The translations under genes were made by a program, and so were the position numbers. Shown piece after piece: positions 13,460-27,091 of a DNA stretch of 64,000 bases. The first letter of the stretch is position 1. The number at the start of each line of letters is the position of its first letter. The stretch covers positions 18,664,001-18,728,000 of the forward strand of contig CM075989.1 of assembly GCA_038087875.1 (NCBI GenBank), read 5' to 3'. The DNA comes from Malacoraja senta. Its lineage: Eukaryota. The notes under the pieces are model-generated. The model saw nothing but the letters and a program-made list of their open reading frames with translations. It made no database searches and had not been told where the DNA came from.

Positions 13460-15162
13460 ATTCAAGGTGAGCCAGGTACATTTCATGTCTCATTCCGGAG
13501 ATCAACAGACTAAAGTGAACATATGATTTTGATAGGATTACAACGTAAACATGGTGCAGGATGTTACTGTCTAAATGCACACTAATTTATGGATACTGAG
13601 TATCAACTCTGGATCCAGAATGGGTTTTATGCTCTCTTAAGGAGCAGATCGTGCATGAAGATAGGCAGTGAATCATGCATATCACTGCTCAGTATTCTGG
13701 CCATGGTCATGATGCCTTCATTCTGAGGCAGTACACTGTGCCAACTAAACTTAAATGACAAGTTAAAAAGTAGCACTCGACAACAAGCCTGTTCTATTCA
13801 CCGACAGCGTGCCTGACGATTATGGTGTATACCCATGCAGAGGTGGTCAGCATCACTGAAACACTTCTGCTGCCTAGACCGCACTGGTGAAGCTATGATG
13901 TTTATACGATATGAAGCGGGGGTTTATTCGTTCTAATATTTGAATCACTTGTATTTCTTTTTGGCTCTGAAACATTCAGAAATATTTAGTCTTTGGTTCT
14001 AGCTAAAATGTGACCTAGCTGACTATCAATTATTTTAATCTCCTGTCTTCATTTGGGGTGAGATCCATTATTTCATCCCATCTTACCAAAGAGCAATGCC
14101 CTGACACCCACTTAGATACTATCACAACATATATATCCCTTTGCTTAAATATTTTTCAAATTGCATGTTGAATCAGTAGCTGCTATCCTATCAAGCATTA
14201 TATTCCAAGTTCTAAACTTGCTGATTTCTGATACTTAAAACTATTGGAAACAGTACTCTAGAAATTCAGACACGGCACTTTTATAGCACTATGTATATGG
14301 AAATCAATTCTCTAATTTTCACAATGGAAAGCAAATAACGACTGCTAGTTCCAGATCAAATAATGCCACTCCAAAAAAATGTGTCATGTTTTGCCAGAGA
14401 AATGAGTTCACCTGGTTTAGAGATGCACATGACATTGGGTATCATCACAATATGTTTTTAGTAACCACTCTTATCACAGCATTCGCCTGGTTATGTACCC
14501 ATCTGGCCATGGGAAAGCAACTTTGATTGATCCTTCTGAAAGTAATATTTGCCTTTCACAAGCATCATCCTGCCATCTTCAACGATGTGCGCATAACCAC
14601 CACCCTTCAAGTCTCTCCTCTGGCACGCGTTTAAAATGTTACTCTTTTACCTGTTGTCTCTTCTGATTCTCCTTAACAAAATGTTTTGCCATTCAATTCT
14701 CTCTAATTAATTACATCTGCCTTTCATCCCTCCAATCTGTCAACCTTCTGGTCTGTTTTGATCTTCCTGCTTATTGGATTGTATGCATGTTTTTGAAATA
14801 AACAATAGTTATAAATGATCACATGAGTTGAATTGGCTCGAAATAATAGTTTATTTAACAAAAATGTCCATGTTGAAAGTATTAAGCAGTTGGCCATGAA
14901 AATTGGGAAATCTGTGAAATTCCTGGGAAGTGCGTTATTAGTATATTTAATAATAAACATTTAATTTTAGAGTGTATGCATCATATTCAGTTAAGTCACT
15001 TACAAACATTAGGATTAACATTTTTTCCATTCTAACATTATTCACTTTGGTTTTGAAAACCAAGCATTATTCTGTTTATAGAATCCTAAATGAGTTTAAG
15101 AATTAACTGGCAGTCCAATAATATCATCCACTTTGTTTTCATCAAATGTATATTTCCCATAG

Positions 15163-15364
15163 ATCTTCCAGTAACTTCACCTTTGGGTAATGCTGTTATG
15201 AAAACCTTGGAAAACTGGCAGCAAATACTTCATGCAAGAATGGAACAGTTTGAAGGGCCACCTCCAAACTTCATTAACACATATCCCAATGATTTCTCTA
15301 ATGTTGCTGGACCAGCTATTCTGCGACACAAAGCAATGCTTGAACCAGAGAACACTCCATTCAA
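15163..15364 (+). CDS. DMXL2: DMXL2 exon (DLPVTSPLGNAVMKTLENW...EPENTPFK)
   Basis: catag|AT ... AA|gtaag, 202 nt, phase 1-2. Confidence 0.92.
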
Positions 15365-15625
15365 GTAAGAGACCTACTGCAAAGTAGACTTCGTGGGGTA
15401 TAATGTTTCATCAGTAGACATCAATTAGTGCGGTAATAGTGACAGATGAAAAAATATTTTCAAGGTTACTAGTCAGAAATCGTCGCTAAAAAATAAATAG
15501 CAGAAAGCCTTTGAAAATGGAGCAGGCAGCCAAAAAGGTCATGTTTGATTTTTCCATTATTTTTCTTATTAAATAACATAACTGCTAAGTGAGTACAACA
15601 ATACCAGTTATATAAAACATAAGAA

Positions 15626-15910
15626 TCATGAACCAGAGGACATAGGTTTAAGGTGAGGGAGGGAAAGATTTAATAGGAACCTGAGGGGCAACTTTTTTTA
15701 CACAAAAGTAATTTGGAAAAAGCTGCCAGAGGAGGTAGTCGAGGCAGGTACTATCATAGCTTAAGAAAAAGCATTTGGACAGGTACGTGGTTAGGTTGGG
15801 CTTAAAGGATATAGGCCTAATACAGGTAGATGGGACGAGTGTAGATGGGGCATGTTGGTCACTGTGGGCAAGTTGGGGCGAAGTGTCTGTTTCCAAACTG
15901 CATGACTCTT
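15626..15910 (+). mobile_element. CR1-type LINE 3' fragment
   Basis: Similar to other CR1 3' ends in the window. Confidence 0.65.
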
Positions 15911-16211
15911 AAGATGTGCAGTATTGATTTAAAAATGATTACGTTTTGTATAAATGGCACAATCATTGCCAACTGTTTGTCTGCACAACACAATTTATTT
16001 GCAATCTTGAATCTACAGGGCTCCTGGCCTTTGTTGCTTAAGCTAAAGGTGATCTGTTAACATGATTTGTTTAATCAAGAAGCTTGCATTTCACCTGTTA
16101 ATATGAAGTTCCAATTAAGCTTATAATTATTGTTGCAGGTTAAAAAAAATTAGACCCATAAATTTATCATTATGCTTATGTGGGCAAAATCTGCTATTTA
16201 CTTTACTTCAG

Positions 16212-16329
16212 GTCAAGGCATTATACCACCTTCCCTGTTAAAAGGCTGTGGTGGTACTTAGTCAAGCAAGAAATTCTGCAAGACTCATTTATACGATTTA
16301 TATTCACGAAGAAAAGAAGGCAAAGTGAG
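16212..16329 (+). CDS. DMXL2: DMXL2 exon (SRHYTTFPVKRLWWYLVKQE...KKRRQSE)
   Basis: ttcag|G ... GAG|gtaaa, 118 nt, phase 2-0. Confidence 0.92.
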
Positions 16330-18133
16330 GTAAATGGGCGTGAAAGTATAAGTTGTTGCCTTTTTAAATATTTTATAGTTTGAATTAGTATTCTGGATTT
16401 AAAGATCAACCACATATTTGGCACAACATAATATAAAGGGTGCTAATGATGATGTGTCAGCTTATAATAATTAAGTTGTAAAAAATCAACTTGGTATAGC
16501 TCTACTCTATTTGTACATCTTCCCTTTGGGAATAAACCGGATGGTTAGTTCAAATGATGGTCAGGCATTTCCCTTCCTACCATAGTAACTACTGGGTTTT
16601 GGGCAATGGTCGTCTTGCAGGCAGGCAAAATCTAATTTCCTATGAATATTGGATCCCTGTGGTACAAGCAGTTTTTATTCGGCACCATGCAAGTCAAGCA
16701 ATCCATGAGAAATCTGGAAAATTGGTACTTTCTTTGTGAACCATAAAAATCAGGATTGCAGCTTGAACTTCACAACAAAATCATGGGCCTCTTGACTGTT
16801 CCACTGTGGAACCCTCCCACTTGTCATATCTTTTCCCATGGATAAAATTGCTTGGCCTTCTTCCTGGTAATCCTGATGGTTCATGGGCAATTTACACCAA
16901 TCACAAATAAACTGCATGGAGATTCATCATAGAATTTTGCCAAAATACAGGTGTTATTCTCGATCTGCATTGTTTGCTCATTTCTGAATTGGAGGCATTT
17001 GAAATGGACTTAAACGAAGGAATCCCTTTAACGAAGGAAAAGGAAAATTGGGTTTTGATTTCTCCTGATAATGAATATACCGTCGAACAGCTGAAATGGT
17101 GAATATGCCTGTTGCCACTTGGTGAGATTGCAACTGTGCATGACTGATATTAAATTCACCAGCCCCTCCATGGCCACAAGTCTGACAATATCATAATCTG
17201 TAGAGAATTTTGTATTAAGAATTCCCAGTAAAAATGATGAATATTCTAGTATTAGCAGAATCTTGCTTCGAAAAGAAAAATAGCAAAATGGGGAAAGAGT
17301 TGAGTGCATCTGTAATTACAATTATTATCGGATAACTTTGTTACATCACGTGCAGACTTAATACCTTGGAGCACCATTATTTACAATTATAATTTCCATT
17401 TTTATTTAAAAAAGTGTTGGCAAGAAAACAAATCAATTACATCAGTTCTTAGAAGTTAATTTTCTATTTGGTTAACATTAGCAAAAGGAAATACACACTA
17501 AATTGGAATGATTTTTTAACCCTTAAATAAGTTAGGCACATCATCAGTATATTGCTTGCCACCTTGTTTTATAATCCTGGCAGTATTGTTCATTTAGGCC
17601 ATTATCTTTTTTAATGTGATTATTTCAAAAATATGTCTGACCGTAAGAAGTCTCTTCAGAATTTTTTTTAAATCCTATTGTACCCAAATCTTGTTACGAT
17701 TGGAAAATTTGTAACAGAGCATGAATAATTCTCAATCTACAAAGATAAACCACTCCTCTACCTTTCTTTGCAAACGACACAATTTGTTATAAAAAAGGTT
17801 TACGAACCAAAGTACTTTTTGGTCATTAAGTTTGTCATGACATTTCTTTCTGTGCCTTCATTATAATGTTTATGACCTTTTATTTTAATGTAATTTTTAT
17901 CCTTTCCAAGTTTTGCACATTTCATCTAATGGCAAATTAACAGGATTGATTAGCCATTTTTGTGAAATGTGAAGAAATCCATCAGTAATGTCAATATAAT
18001 AAAATTGCTGCTTTTGCCAATGCAATACTGCCAGATTTTCATTTTTTAATTCAGTAAAAACATTTTATTCATTTTCATTCATTTTTTTTCTGTGCATGTG
18101 TAATGTGCTGTGACTGTGTGCTGTGTTGTGTAG

Positions 18134-18199
18134 TCAGTAGAAGACCATGTGGACCACGTCAAACAAAACTACGGCGGGGACCATCGTCGAAGCAACAAG
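18134..18199 (+). CDS. DMXL2: DMXL2 alternative cassette exon (SVEDHVDHVKQNYGGDHRRSNK)
   Basis: tgtag|TCA ... AAG|gtag, 66 nt, phase 0-0; resembles an optional exon I recall at this position in mammalian DMXL2 isoforms (SVEEHVEQVK...). Confidence 0.72.
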
Positions 18200-18571
18200 G
18201 TAGTATCCCGTTCCCACCCCCTTATCTTTAGCAGCTGTTCTAATTGCACTCGCTTCAACATCTTGTTTAATGGTGTGTGAAAGTAAATAATCGTGCACAT
18301 GCAAAGCTCTGTCATTGTCATTGTGGAGAATGTAATTCCAATTCATTCAGTATGAATTCAAAGGGGTTACATGGATTATTATTATGCACAGCTTTTTGCT
18401 GCATTGCAAAAACCATTAAACAGTTGGTAAGGCTGGTCATTCTTTTAAAATTTTGCTGAATATTTTATTTCCAAATAAAAAGGCAAACAACATCATTGGT
18501 ACAGAATTTAAATGCATTAAAACTATTGAAATCTTGATCTGTACACTATTATATGTAGTATTGTATTTTAG

Positions 18572-18658
18572 GTTGAAGCAGATATGGGCTATCCAGGTGG
18601 AAAATCAAAGATTATTCATAAAGATTCTGATGCCATCATGGCATTTGCAATTAATAAG
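18572..18658 (+). CDS. DMXL2: DMXL2 exon (VEADMGYPGGKSKIIHKDSDAIMAFAINK)
   Basis: tttag|GTT ... AAG|gtaag, 87 nt. Confidence 0.92.
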
Positions 18659-19321
18659 GTAAGAAATCAAGTGCCTTTTAATCCAAAAACAAAATTTACA
18701 AATGGTATCATCACTAGTTAACCAGGCTTTCCAGAACTTCCAAGACCCAGCAAGATGGAAGGAGACAGGAAGGGCAAGATTCGTAAGGCACTCTAAAGCA
18801 CTCCCTGTGCACTCTTCTTGCCGGTAAACCTACCTACTTGGAGCTTGGCTTAGCAGTGACCTCATGCTGCTGGCTTCAGGAGCTCCTACTGGACCAACTA
18901 TCAGCCTGTCTACTGTGCTGCTTTAGAGGGCTACTTGCAGAAGAAAACGTCAGTCTGTAGGGTCCCATCCCGAAATGTCTGTCGCCTGTCTATTCCTTCT
19001 ACAGAAGCTGCCTGACACGCTGAGTTCCTCCAGCATTTTGTTTTGCAAAAGAAAAAGAATTATAGGTTGTTTAGGAAAGACGGTTCTCCCAAAGTAACTG
19101 CTCTCAGTACTTCCACTTTCATATTAATATGGCTGTATATTCAACAACTTCCCCTCCAGATTGCTAGTGTTTTGCAATTTTAGTTCTTTAATTATTTCGA
19201 TTGATGTGCCTATCAAGGTAAATATCACTGCACCTTCCAGTTTATTGAGAAGACTTTCTTTACTCTTACTTTGGTTTCTTTGGTTTGAATTTAGTTTTAT
19301 GTTTTTCTCCCCTCTTAAAAG

Positions 19322-19443
19322 GCAAACTCCAATGAGATAGCTCTGGCTTCCACACATGATGTACAAGAACTCGATGTATCTGCAATTCTAGCTGCTCAGC
19401 CTTTTACCTGGATTGGCGAAGATTCAGACAGAGATTCACGAAG
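19322..19443 (+). CDS. DMXL2: DMXL2 exon (ANSNEIALASTHDVQELDV...DRDSRS)
   Basis: aaag|GCA ... AG|gttat, 122 nt, phase 0-2. Confidence 0.9.
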
Positions 19444-19469
19444 GTTATTAACTTTTAGAATGCTTTTAT

Positions 19470-20400
19470 AGAGTTGTATACAACACTGAAGCAAGCCCTT
19501 CCACCCAATTTGTCCGTGCCAACCAAGATGTCCACCTGAGCTGGTCACATTTACTTGCATTTGGCCCATATCCCTCTAAACCTTTCCTATCCCTGTACCT
19601 GTCCACATATTTTAAATGTGGATACAAGAAACTGATGATGCTTGTTTACAGTACTGGAGTAACTCGGCGGATGAGGCAGCATCGTTGGAGAACATGGATA
19701 GGTGATGTTTTGGATCTGGACCGTTCTTCAGACCAGAGTCACCTATCAATGTTTTCCAGCAATGCTGCCTGACCAGCTGGGTTACTCTCGCGCTTTGTGT
19801 CATGTTTTTTTAAATGTTGTGATTATGCCTGCCTCGAGCACTTCTTTTGGCAGCTCATTCCATATATCCATCAAAATCTGTGTGAAAAATGTCTCCGTCA
19901 GAGCAACTTTAAATCTTTTACCTCTTAAACCTGTGCCCTCTAGTTTTAGACTTCCCTACCCTGGGAAAAATAATAATGATGTTATCTACACCCCTCATGA
20001 TGTTGTAAACCTCTTTAAGGTCACCCCTCAGCTTTGTTTGCTCCAGGGAAAGCAGTCCCAGTCTATCCAATTTCTCCTTGTAACTCAACTACCCAAGTCC
20101 CTGTAACATCCTTGTGAATCTTTTTTGCATTATCTAAATATTAATCACATCTTTCCAATAATATGATGACCAGAACCTCCTGCAATACTCTAAAAATACT
20201 CACCAATAGTTTCATTGTATTTCCACAAAGTGCTCCGACTGATCAAGGCAAGCATACCAGATGCCACTTTTACCACCCTATCTACCTGTGCCGTCACTTT
20301 CAAAGAACAATGCACTTGTACCCTTTGATCTCTGTTCTGCAACACTCCTCTGGGCCCTGTCATTCACTGTGTAATATATCCCTATTTGGACTTTAACTAA
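19470..20400 (-). mobile_element. Degenerate CR1-type LINE fragment with nested Penelope-associated inverted pair (about 19620-19800)
   Basis: Reverse-complement CR1 tail and RT remnants. Confidence 0.6.
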
Positions 20401-20601
20401 AATGCTCGCATCATCTGAAGTTATAATAATTTAGAATATGCGGCACAGAAATGGGCGCGTGGAAGTGTTTCTTCAGATATGCTGTCTGACCCACTGAGTT
20501 ACTCCAGTGCTTTGTGTCTAATTTTGGTATAAAACAGTATCTGCAGTTCTTTGTTTCTACAGAAATGGGCTATTTGGCCCAAATAGCTGTCATTTATGGC
20601 C

Positions 20602-20848
20602 TAAGATAGACACAAAAAGCTGGAGTAACTCAGCGGGTCAGAAAGCATCTCTGGAGAAAAGGAATAGATTACGTTTCGGGTCAAGACCCTTCTTTAGCCT
20701 GATCCGAAACGTCACCTATTCCGTCACCCTCTCGTCCCGAAACGTCACCTATTCCTTTTCTTCAGAGATGCTGTCTGGCCCGCTGAGTTACTCCAGCTTT
20801 TTGTGTCTATCTTCGGTTTAAACCAGCATCTGCAGTTCCTTCCTATTA
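20602..20848. mobile_element. Penelope-associated short element inserted as an inverted pair
   Basis: About 75-bp inverted arms; 10-bp TSD atttatggcc at 20592-20601 and 20849-20858. Confidence 0.7.
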
Positions 20849-21007
20849 ATTTATGGCCGACCTGATACGCTTTGTGTCTTTCCTTGGTCAACTCCTGTCA
20901 ATGTAAACACTTATAGACTGTCCACCCTGCTCTCCCCTCTAAATTTTGCATCACACTTGAATTTAGAAATTATTTTATTAGTGTCTAATTATTGATATCT
21001 CTTACAG

Positions 21008-21143
21008 TTCTGACGATCTTGAGCATCGCTTAGTGGGGAGCACCAGCCAAACAAGTACAACTCATTTTTCATCCAGCCAGCTTTCTAATTCTTCTTCAAT
21101 GCCTTGGCTAGGAAGTGGGCAGACCAGCACAGGAGCCACTGTG
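21008..21143 (+). CDS. DMXL2: DMXL2 exon (SDDLEHRLVGST...MPWLGSGQTSTGATV)
   Basis: tacag|T ... GTG|gtacg, 136 nt, phase 2-0. Confidence 0.9.
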
Positions 21144-21921
21144 GTACGTCTGGAGTTACCTAACTCCTACAATACTGTTATTTTTGTTTATAAGATAACT
21201 CCTTTTGACTGTAATCAGTTTAGGACTTGCCTCTTCCTTATTATTTGCGAACATAAAGGCTATTTGAGGAGGTAAACCTTGAAAACAAAATGCTAAGAAG
21301 TGCTAAATATTTTTCATTTATCTCTCACCTACTCATTGACCTCTCCTCTTGTGACCCACGTACTTAACTATGCTCTTTATGCCTAATATATTTCTAAAAT
21401 ATTGCTTTATAAAATATTTTCCCTGCATACCACCATTGGTTTCCTTCCTTTAACATCTTTTAGTCTCGCTTGTATTTGTAATTTCATCTTGTATGTTGGC
21501 TTTTCCTCTTCAACCATCGACCCTTTTTATTTATCTGCACCATCCCAATGTTTATAGAGTTTATTTATATAGTTATTTTAAGTGAATTCCAATCTTTTTT
21601 TTAAATACCCTCACAAAAACTAGGACTTAGTTTATTGAGTTTTAATTTGTATACTTTACTTATAATGAAGACTTTGCCTTACTCATAACCTGTTTTTATT
21701 TCCATAAACTCTTAATTGCATGGAACATGGATTTCCAGGGAGTTAAAATATGGCACAAGATATAGTCATATAGGACAAAATAGAAAAAATACAGCTCAGT
21801 TGTACATGTAACAAAAGTCTCGTGATGGAATTTGGGCCAGATTTTACAGTTTAAGTCATTAATTTCAGCCAGGTAAACAAAGAAGATATTAAACTTGGCC
21901 TGAAAGCCAAGCTTAACTATA

Positions 21922-22070
21922 CAGTGCCCTTCATAATGTTTTAGACAAAGACCTATTATTTATTTATTTGCCCCTGTACTCCACAATTTGAGATTTGTAA
22001 TAGAAAAAAATCACATGTGGTTAAAGTGCACATTGTCAGATTTTATTAAAGGCCATTATGGAGGGCACTG
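21922..22070. mobile_element. Tc1/mariner-type MITE or internal deletion derivative
   Basis: TA|CAGTGCCCTTCATAATG ... CATTATGGAGGGCACTG|TA; 17-bp TIR with 1 mismatch; TA TSD. Confidence 0.85.
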
Positions 22071-22314
22071 TAGAAGAGCAGACTAAAGTTACAAAACTTT
22101 TTCATTGTTTATATCTTCAGGAGAGTAAATAGAGATAAAAGTGATAAAGAAAACCAGCATTTTTATTTTCAATGAAGTGAAAGTGATTGTAATTGTAAAG
22201 ATTTGCAAGTTATTTTGGTAGTTGTAGGTTTTTAAAGAATATTTTGTTTGATAATACTTCAAAACAATTTCTACTTGTTAATCAAATGAGAATGGCCCTT
22301 GAGGTAATTAAGTT

Positions 22315-22748
22315 AATGTAAGAGGAGCGTATGATAGCTTTGGGCCTGAACTTGCTGGAGTTTAGAAGGATGAGGAGTGATATAATTGAAACCTATCGAA
22401 AAATGAAGGCCCTGGATAGAGTGAATATGGAGAGAATGTTTCTAATAAGAATGGAAGAATCTTGGACCAGAGAGCATGTCATGAGAATAAAAGGTGGCAC
22501 CTTTTAGAATGAAGGTGAGGAGGAATTTCTTTAGCCAGAGGGTGATGAATCTGTGGAATTCATTGCCACAGTCGGCTGTGGATATCGTCATTGATCATTT
22601 TTAAAGCGGAGATTGATAGATTCTTGATTAGTAAGGTTATGGGGAGAAGGCAGTAAAATGGGGTTGAGACGGAAAAATAGATCACCCATGATCAAATGAC
22701 AGAGCAGACTCGATGGTCTAATGCTGCTCCTATGGCTCATGGCTTATA
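22315..22748 (+). mobile_element. CR1-type LINE 3' fragment
   Basis: LEFRRMR... and FFSQRVMNLWNSLP-like remnants plus CR1 tail. Confidence 0.75.
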
Positions 22749-22840
22749 CAAATATTAATTATAATGAACCACCATTTACTCAAAATGAAAAAATATTTTT
22801 TCCAATACATTTGTTGATTTATATATTTTCCTCATTACAG

Positions 22841-22901
22841 ATCATAAAGAGAAACTTGAATAATGTGAAGAGGATGACCTCCCATCCAGCTCACCGATAC
22901 T
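22841..22901 (+). CDS. DMXL2: DMXL2 exon (IIKRNLNNVKRMTSHPAHRY), start of C-terminal WD40 region
   Basis: tacag|ATC ... T|gtgag, 61 nt, phase 0-1. Confidence 0.92.
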
Positions 22902-24963
22902 GTGAGTGCTTAAATGAGATGAAGCCAATTCTGTTTCTCAGACCTAACAGACCTTGCATACCTTTTGCCCAAAGACCAAATAAAATTAAAAATAAATGAC
23001 AATATGTTTAAAGCAATAATTTGTTCTTTATCACAAGTTAACAATGCATATGTACCTTCATGCAGGGCTTTGTAATCTGCAGCCCCGGAAACCAGAAGAC
23101 TATATTGGCATAAAATTGAGATGATTGGGCCCTGTTTATGAGATCTGATCCTAGATCCTTGAAACTAGCATCAGAATCCACTGTGCATTTTGATGAATCA
23201 AACCGCTCCAGAAGCAATATTGGTGGTTCATTTAGTTGTTACCTCCTCTGCTTTGGGAACTCCCTTGGGATCAAGGATGATTTGTTTCCAATCCAGTTCT
23301 GAGCCTTATGTGAGAACTGTCCAACAATGCAAACCATGCATGATGGAGAGTGGTGAGGTGTTCCTTTCATAATTTTCACTGGGTCTGTATGTACTCTTGT
23401 ACCCTTCGTCGGACTGATTGTGGTCTGGGGCTAGGAGGGAAGGGGAGCAGTGAAAGCTGGAGGCGAGGAAGGGCAGGACAAAGCCTGGCAAATAATAGGT
23501 GGATACAGGTGAGGTGAGGGGGGGAAACTATGGGTCTGAAGTTATTCATAAGCCACACTAGGTAAGGGCAGTTCATTTCCTTGCCTAGTGATAATTAGGT
23601 AGTTCCTTGTTACCGTTGGTGATGGTATATTTTAATTCCAGGTTATTTATTAGAATAAATCCAAATTAAACCCACTCTCTGCCAAATTCCACACATCGTC
23701 ATTGGCAATGAAAATTTGTGTCTAGCTTCTTCCAGTGTGCAGCTGGAGATGTTTTACAATATTTCATCGGATTAAGATATGCTATCATTTTGTTTATTCA
23801 AAGGGATCAAAACTGTGTTTTATTATTGCCAAAAAACAGCAGGCACCAAGAGCACAAAGCTGTACAGGAATTGCAGGCTACCTCTTGGTGTCTACATTGT
23901 CTGTACATAAATGCACTGCACCTCAATTCCATAAAGGAACTTAATAGACTTATTGTCCTCCTTTGCTTAACTGGTATCTAACCAAAGGCAAGCTTTTATG
24001 CACCTAGAACCTGAGTGATAATGTCCACCTTTGGCATTAGTATGCTGTAACGGCAGCATTGACAATCACACACACCTAAAGTTGATTACTGGCCAGCAAG
24101 GACTATCCATTGACAGTATGGTCATGCATACAACACTATACAATGAAGACCATGCTGAACAAAATGCTAACATGCTGAAACAATACCCACACAGGCTTTG
24201 GAGGAACTGTGTATTGCTCTGTCGAGCAAGTTTCAAGATCTTGGTGACTTTCTGCAAGCTAATTAAACATTATCCTCTCCACATCTACCTTGTCAGGTCT
24301 CTTTGGGATCTCGTGTTTCAATCAAGTCCCCTCTCACTTTCCTAAACTAAACAAAAATATATAGCCTTTCCTTGTATGTCAACCTGCCTATTCCAGGTCT
24401 CAAGCTGTTAAACCTCCTCTGAACTGTAAACAACACACTAACATCTTCATTTGATTAAAGAGACTAATGAAGTACATAGTATTCCAAATGAGGTCTTACC
24501 AATGTTCTGTCTAATTGAAGCATCCCTCCCTATTTTTTTGTATTTGATTGAGCATTAAACAATTGCTTTCAGATAGCTTTGTGAATTAGTTGCTTCACCT
24601 GCTTACTTCTGTAAATGCAGAATCAAAGGCAACTGATATGAGATTACACACTGATGACATTTACCTGATGTATTTCTGATTCTGAATCCTAGTTTCAGAA
24701 TCCCTTTGCATTCAAGCTGACAAAAGGCAGGGCATGACATTTGTACTCCATACTAATCCAATTAATTATTGATGAGTATTAAATCCTTTGAAACAAGAGG
24801 TTGAGCCAGTCATTTATTTTGAACTTAAAGGAATGCAATTTTTTATTATGAATTAAAAGAAAAATGAGTTGCTCAATAATTTATTGTAGGCAAATATAAT
24901 TTATTCATATATGTTTGTACTTAGCCTCTGAACTGACAACTTCCTCCATTTCGTACCAATCAG

Positions 24964-25091
24964 ATCTCACAGGTGCACAAGATGGAAGTGTCCGAATGTT
25001 TGAATGGAATCGGCCACAGCAGGTTATATGTTTCCGGCAAGCTGGAAATGCCAGGGTTACCCGACTTTATTTTAATACCCAAGGCAATAAG
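24964..25091 (+). CDS. DMXL2: DMXL2 exon (YLTGAQDGSVRMFEW...FNTQGNK), WD40
   Basis: atcag|AT ... AAG|gttag, 128 nt, phase 1-0. Confidence 0.92.
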
Positions 25092-26364
25092 GTTAGTATG
25101 TACTGTACGTTTATTATTGTTGCACACTCAGGTGTCGTCTTCCGGAAATGATAGAATTTTCTCACCCATTTAACCCAATTCAATTTTTGAGAAAAGTTTT
25201 CAAAATTATTGGAATGAAAATGCAAAATATTTATCCAAGCGTGACCAGTTTCATTACAAAATGTATGTTCCATTGTTATTGTGATGACAGAACCAAATAA
25301 AACTGAACATTAGAAGCAACCGACAGTATTGATAACAATTGAACCGACAGTTCAATTTCTCCCTCAGTGAAAAGTATATAACTGTTTCAGAAGGAATGCA
25401 TCTGTTCAAAGAAACAAATCACACATTTAAATGTATTTATAGGTGACCCCCTATGTAATAGCCCTTCAGTTACAGAAATTTCCCCTTGTATAATTCACAA
25501 ATGCTGCCCAAAATATTGAGACATGGAATAAGATTGGCTCTCATGGAATTTGTGTGGGGCAAAAAAGTTTTTTTGAGGCCAGTAGAAAAAGAGTGGATGA
25601 TGATGTTCTAACCTGAAGCAGGTGGAATGGGTTTATTGGTCTCTCTCTATCCTCTACGATTCTATGATTATTTCACAACCATTAGATGTTAAAAGCTCAG
25701 TCGTTGTCGGGAAAACAATGGAAAAATAGCAGGCTTTTTTTTTTATAGTACGGAATCTCAAAAGATATGTTTTTAATTCATACCGTAGGATCTTTTTACA
25801 TCATCCTGAGTGAGTCCGTGCTTCAGTTTAATTTCTCATTCATCGATTATTAATGAATAGAATAGCGATAAATTTTAGGATGTATTATATCTTCATTCCT
25901 GGAATGAGACGAGCACATGCCTAGTGTAGAAGCAATAATGTTGTACTGAGCCACATTTAAAGAAAAATTCAAATTCAAATTTTAGGAAATCGATTTTCCG
26001 AAAAGCAAACCGTTGTCGGTCAATGAGTGGAATCTGTCAAAGACCACAGCTTGCACGGCCCAAGGACTGTTGCACATTGCGCTTTTATCTCTATTTGCTT
26101 TTGTTTATGTCTCTTTGCGTTGTTACCTTCTAGCTGATGATGATCTATTCTACATTTGCCTTGATCCCCACCCCTTTGCTATCTCGTTCTCACACCTTAC
26201 ACTTCCTTATCTTTGTATCTCCCCCTCCCCTGACTCTCAGTCTGAAGAAGGTTCTCGACCCGAAACGTCACCCATTCCTTCCCTCCAGAGATGCTGCCTG
26301 TCCCGCTGGGTTACTCCAGCATTTTGTGTCTTGTCTTCGGTTTGAGCCAGAATCTGCAGTTCAT

Positions 26365-26911
26365 GGAAACATAGAAAATAGGTGCAGGAGTCGGCCATTT
26401 GGCCCTTCGAGCCAGCACTGTCATTCAGTATGATCATGGCTGATCATCCAAAATCAGTACCCCGTTCCTGCTTTCTCCCCATATCGCTTGAATCTGATAG
26501 CCCAAAGAGCTATATCTAACTCTCTCTTGAAAACATCCAGTAAATTGGCCTCCACTGCCTCCTGTGGCAGAGACTTCCGCAGATTCACAACTCTTTGGGT
26601 GAAAAGGTTTTTCCTCATCTCAGTCCTAAATGGCCCACCCCTTATTCTTAAACTGATCCCTGGTTCTGGACTCCTCCAACATCGGGATCATTTTTCCTGC
26701 ACCTAGCCTGTACAATCCCTTAAAAATGTTATATGTTTCTATAAGATCTCTCATCCTTCTAAATTCCAGTGAATACAACCCCAGGTGATCCATTCTTTCG
26801 TCATATGTCAGCCACGCCATCCCGGAAATTAATCTGGTGAACCTAGGCTGCACTCCCTCAATAGCAAGAATGTCCTTCCTCAAATTAGGCGCACAATACT
26901 CCAGGGGTGGT
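26365..26911 (-). mobile_element. CR1-type LINE 3' fragment, nested in a Penelope-associated element (about 26130-26365)
   Basis: ORF track 26626-26982 (LGLYSLEFRRMRDLIETY); tail atagaaaata. Confidence 0.85.
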
Positions 26912-27091
26912 TCCTTCCTACACATTGTGCTGAAAGCCAGCTCCCAGTAGAAGACCAGACAGTGTGGTTCAAGGGCAAGCATTGCTGGGACAAAGGAACA
27001 CCTCCCCCAGTATTCATCACTCTTTGAAAATAGTTTTGGAAAGGTTTGAATAAAATATTACCTTTACAGATGTCTTTTTTAAATTCTGTAG

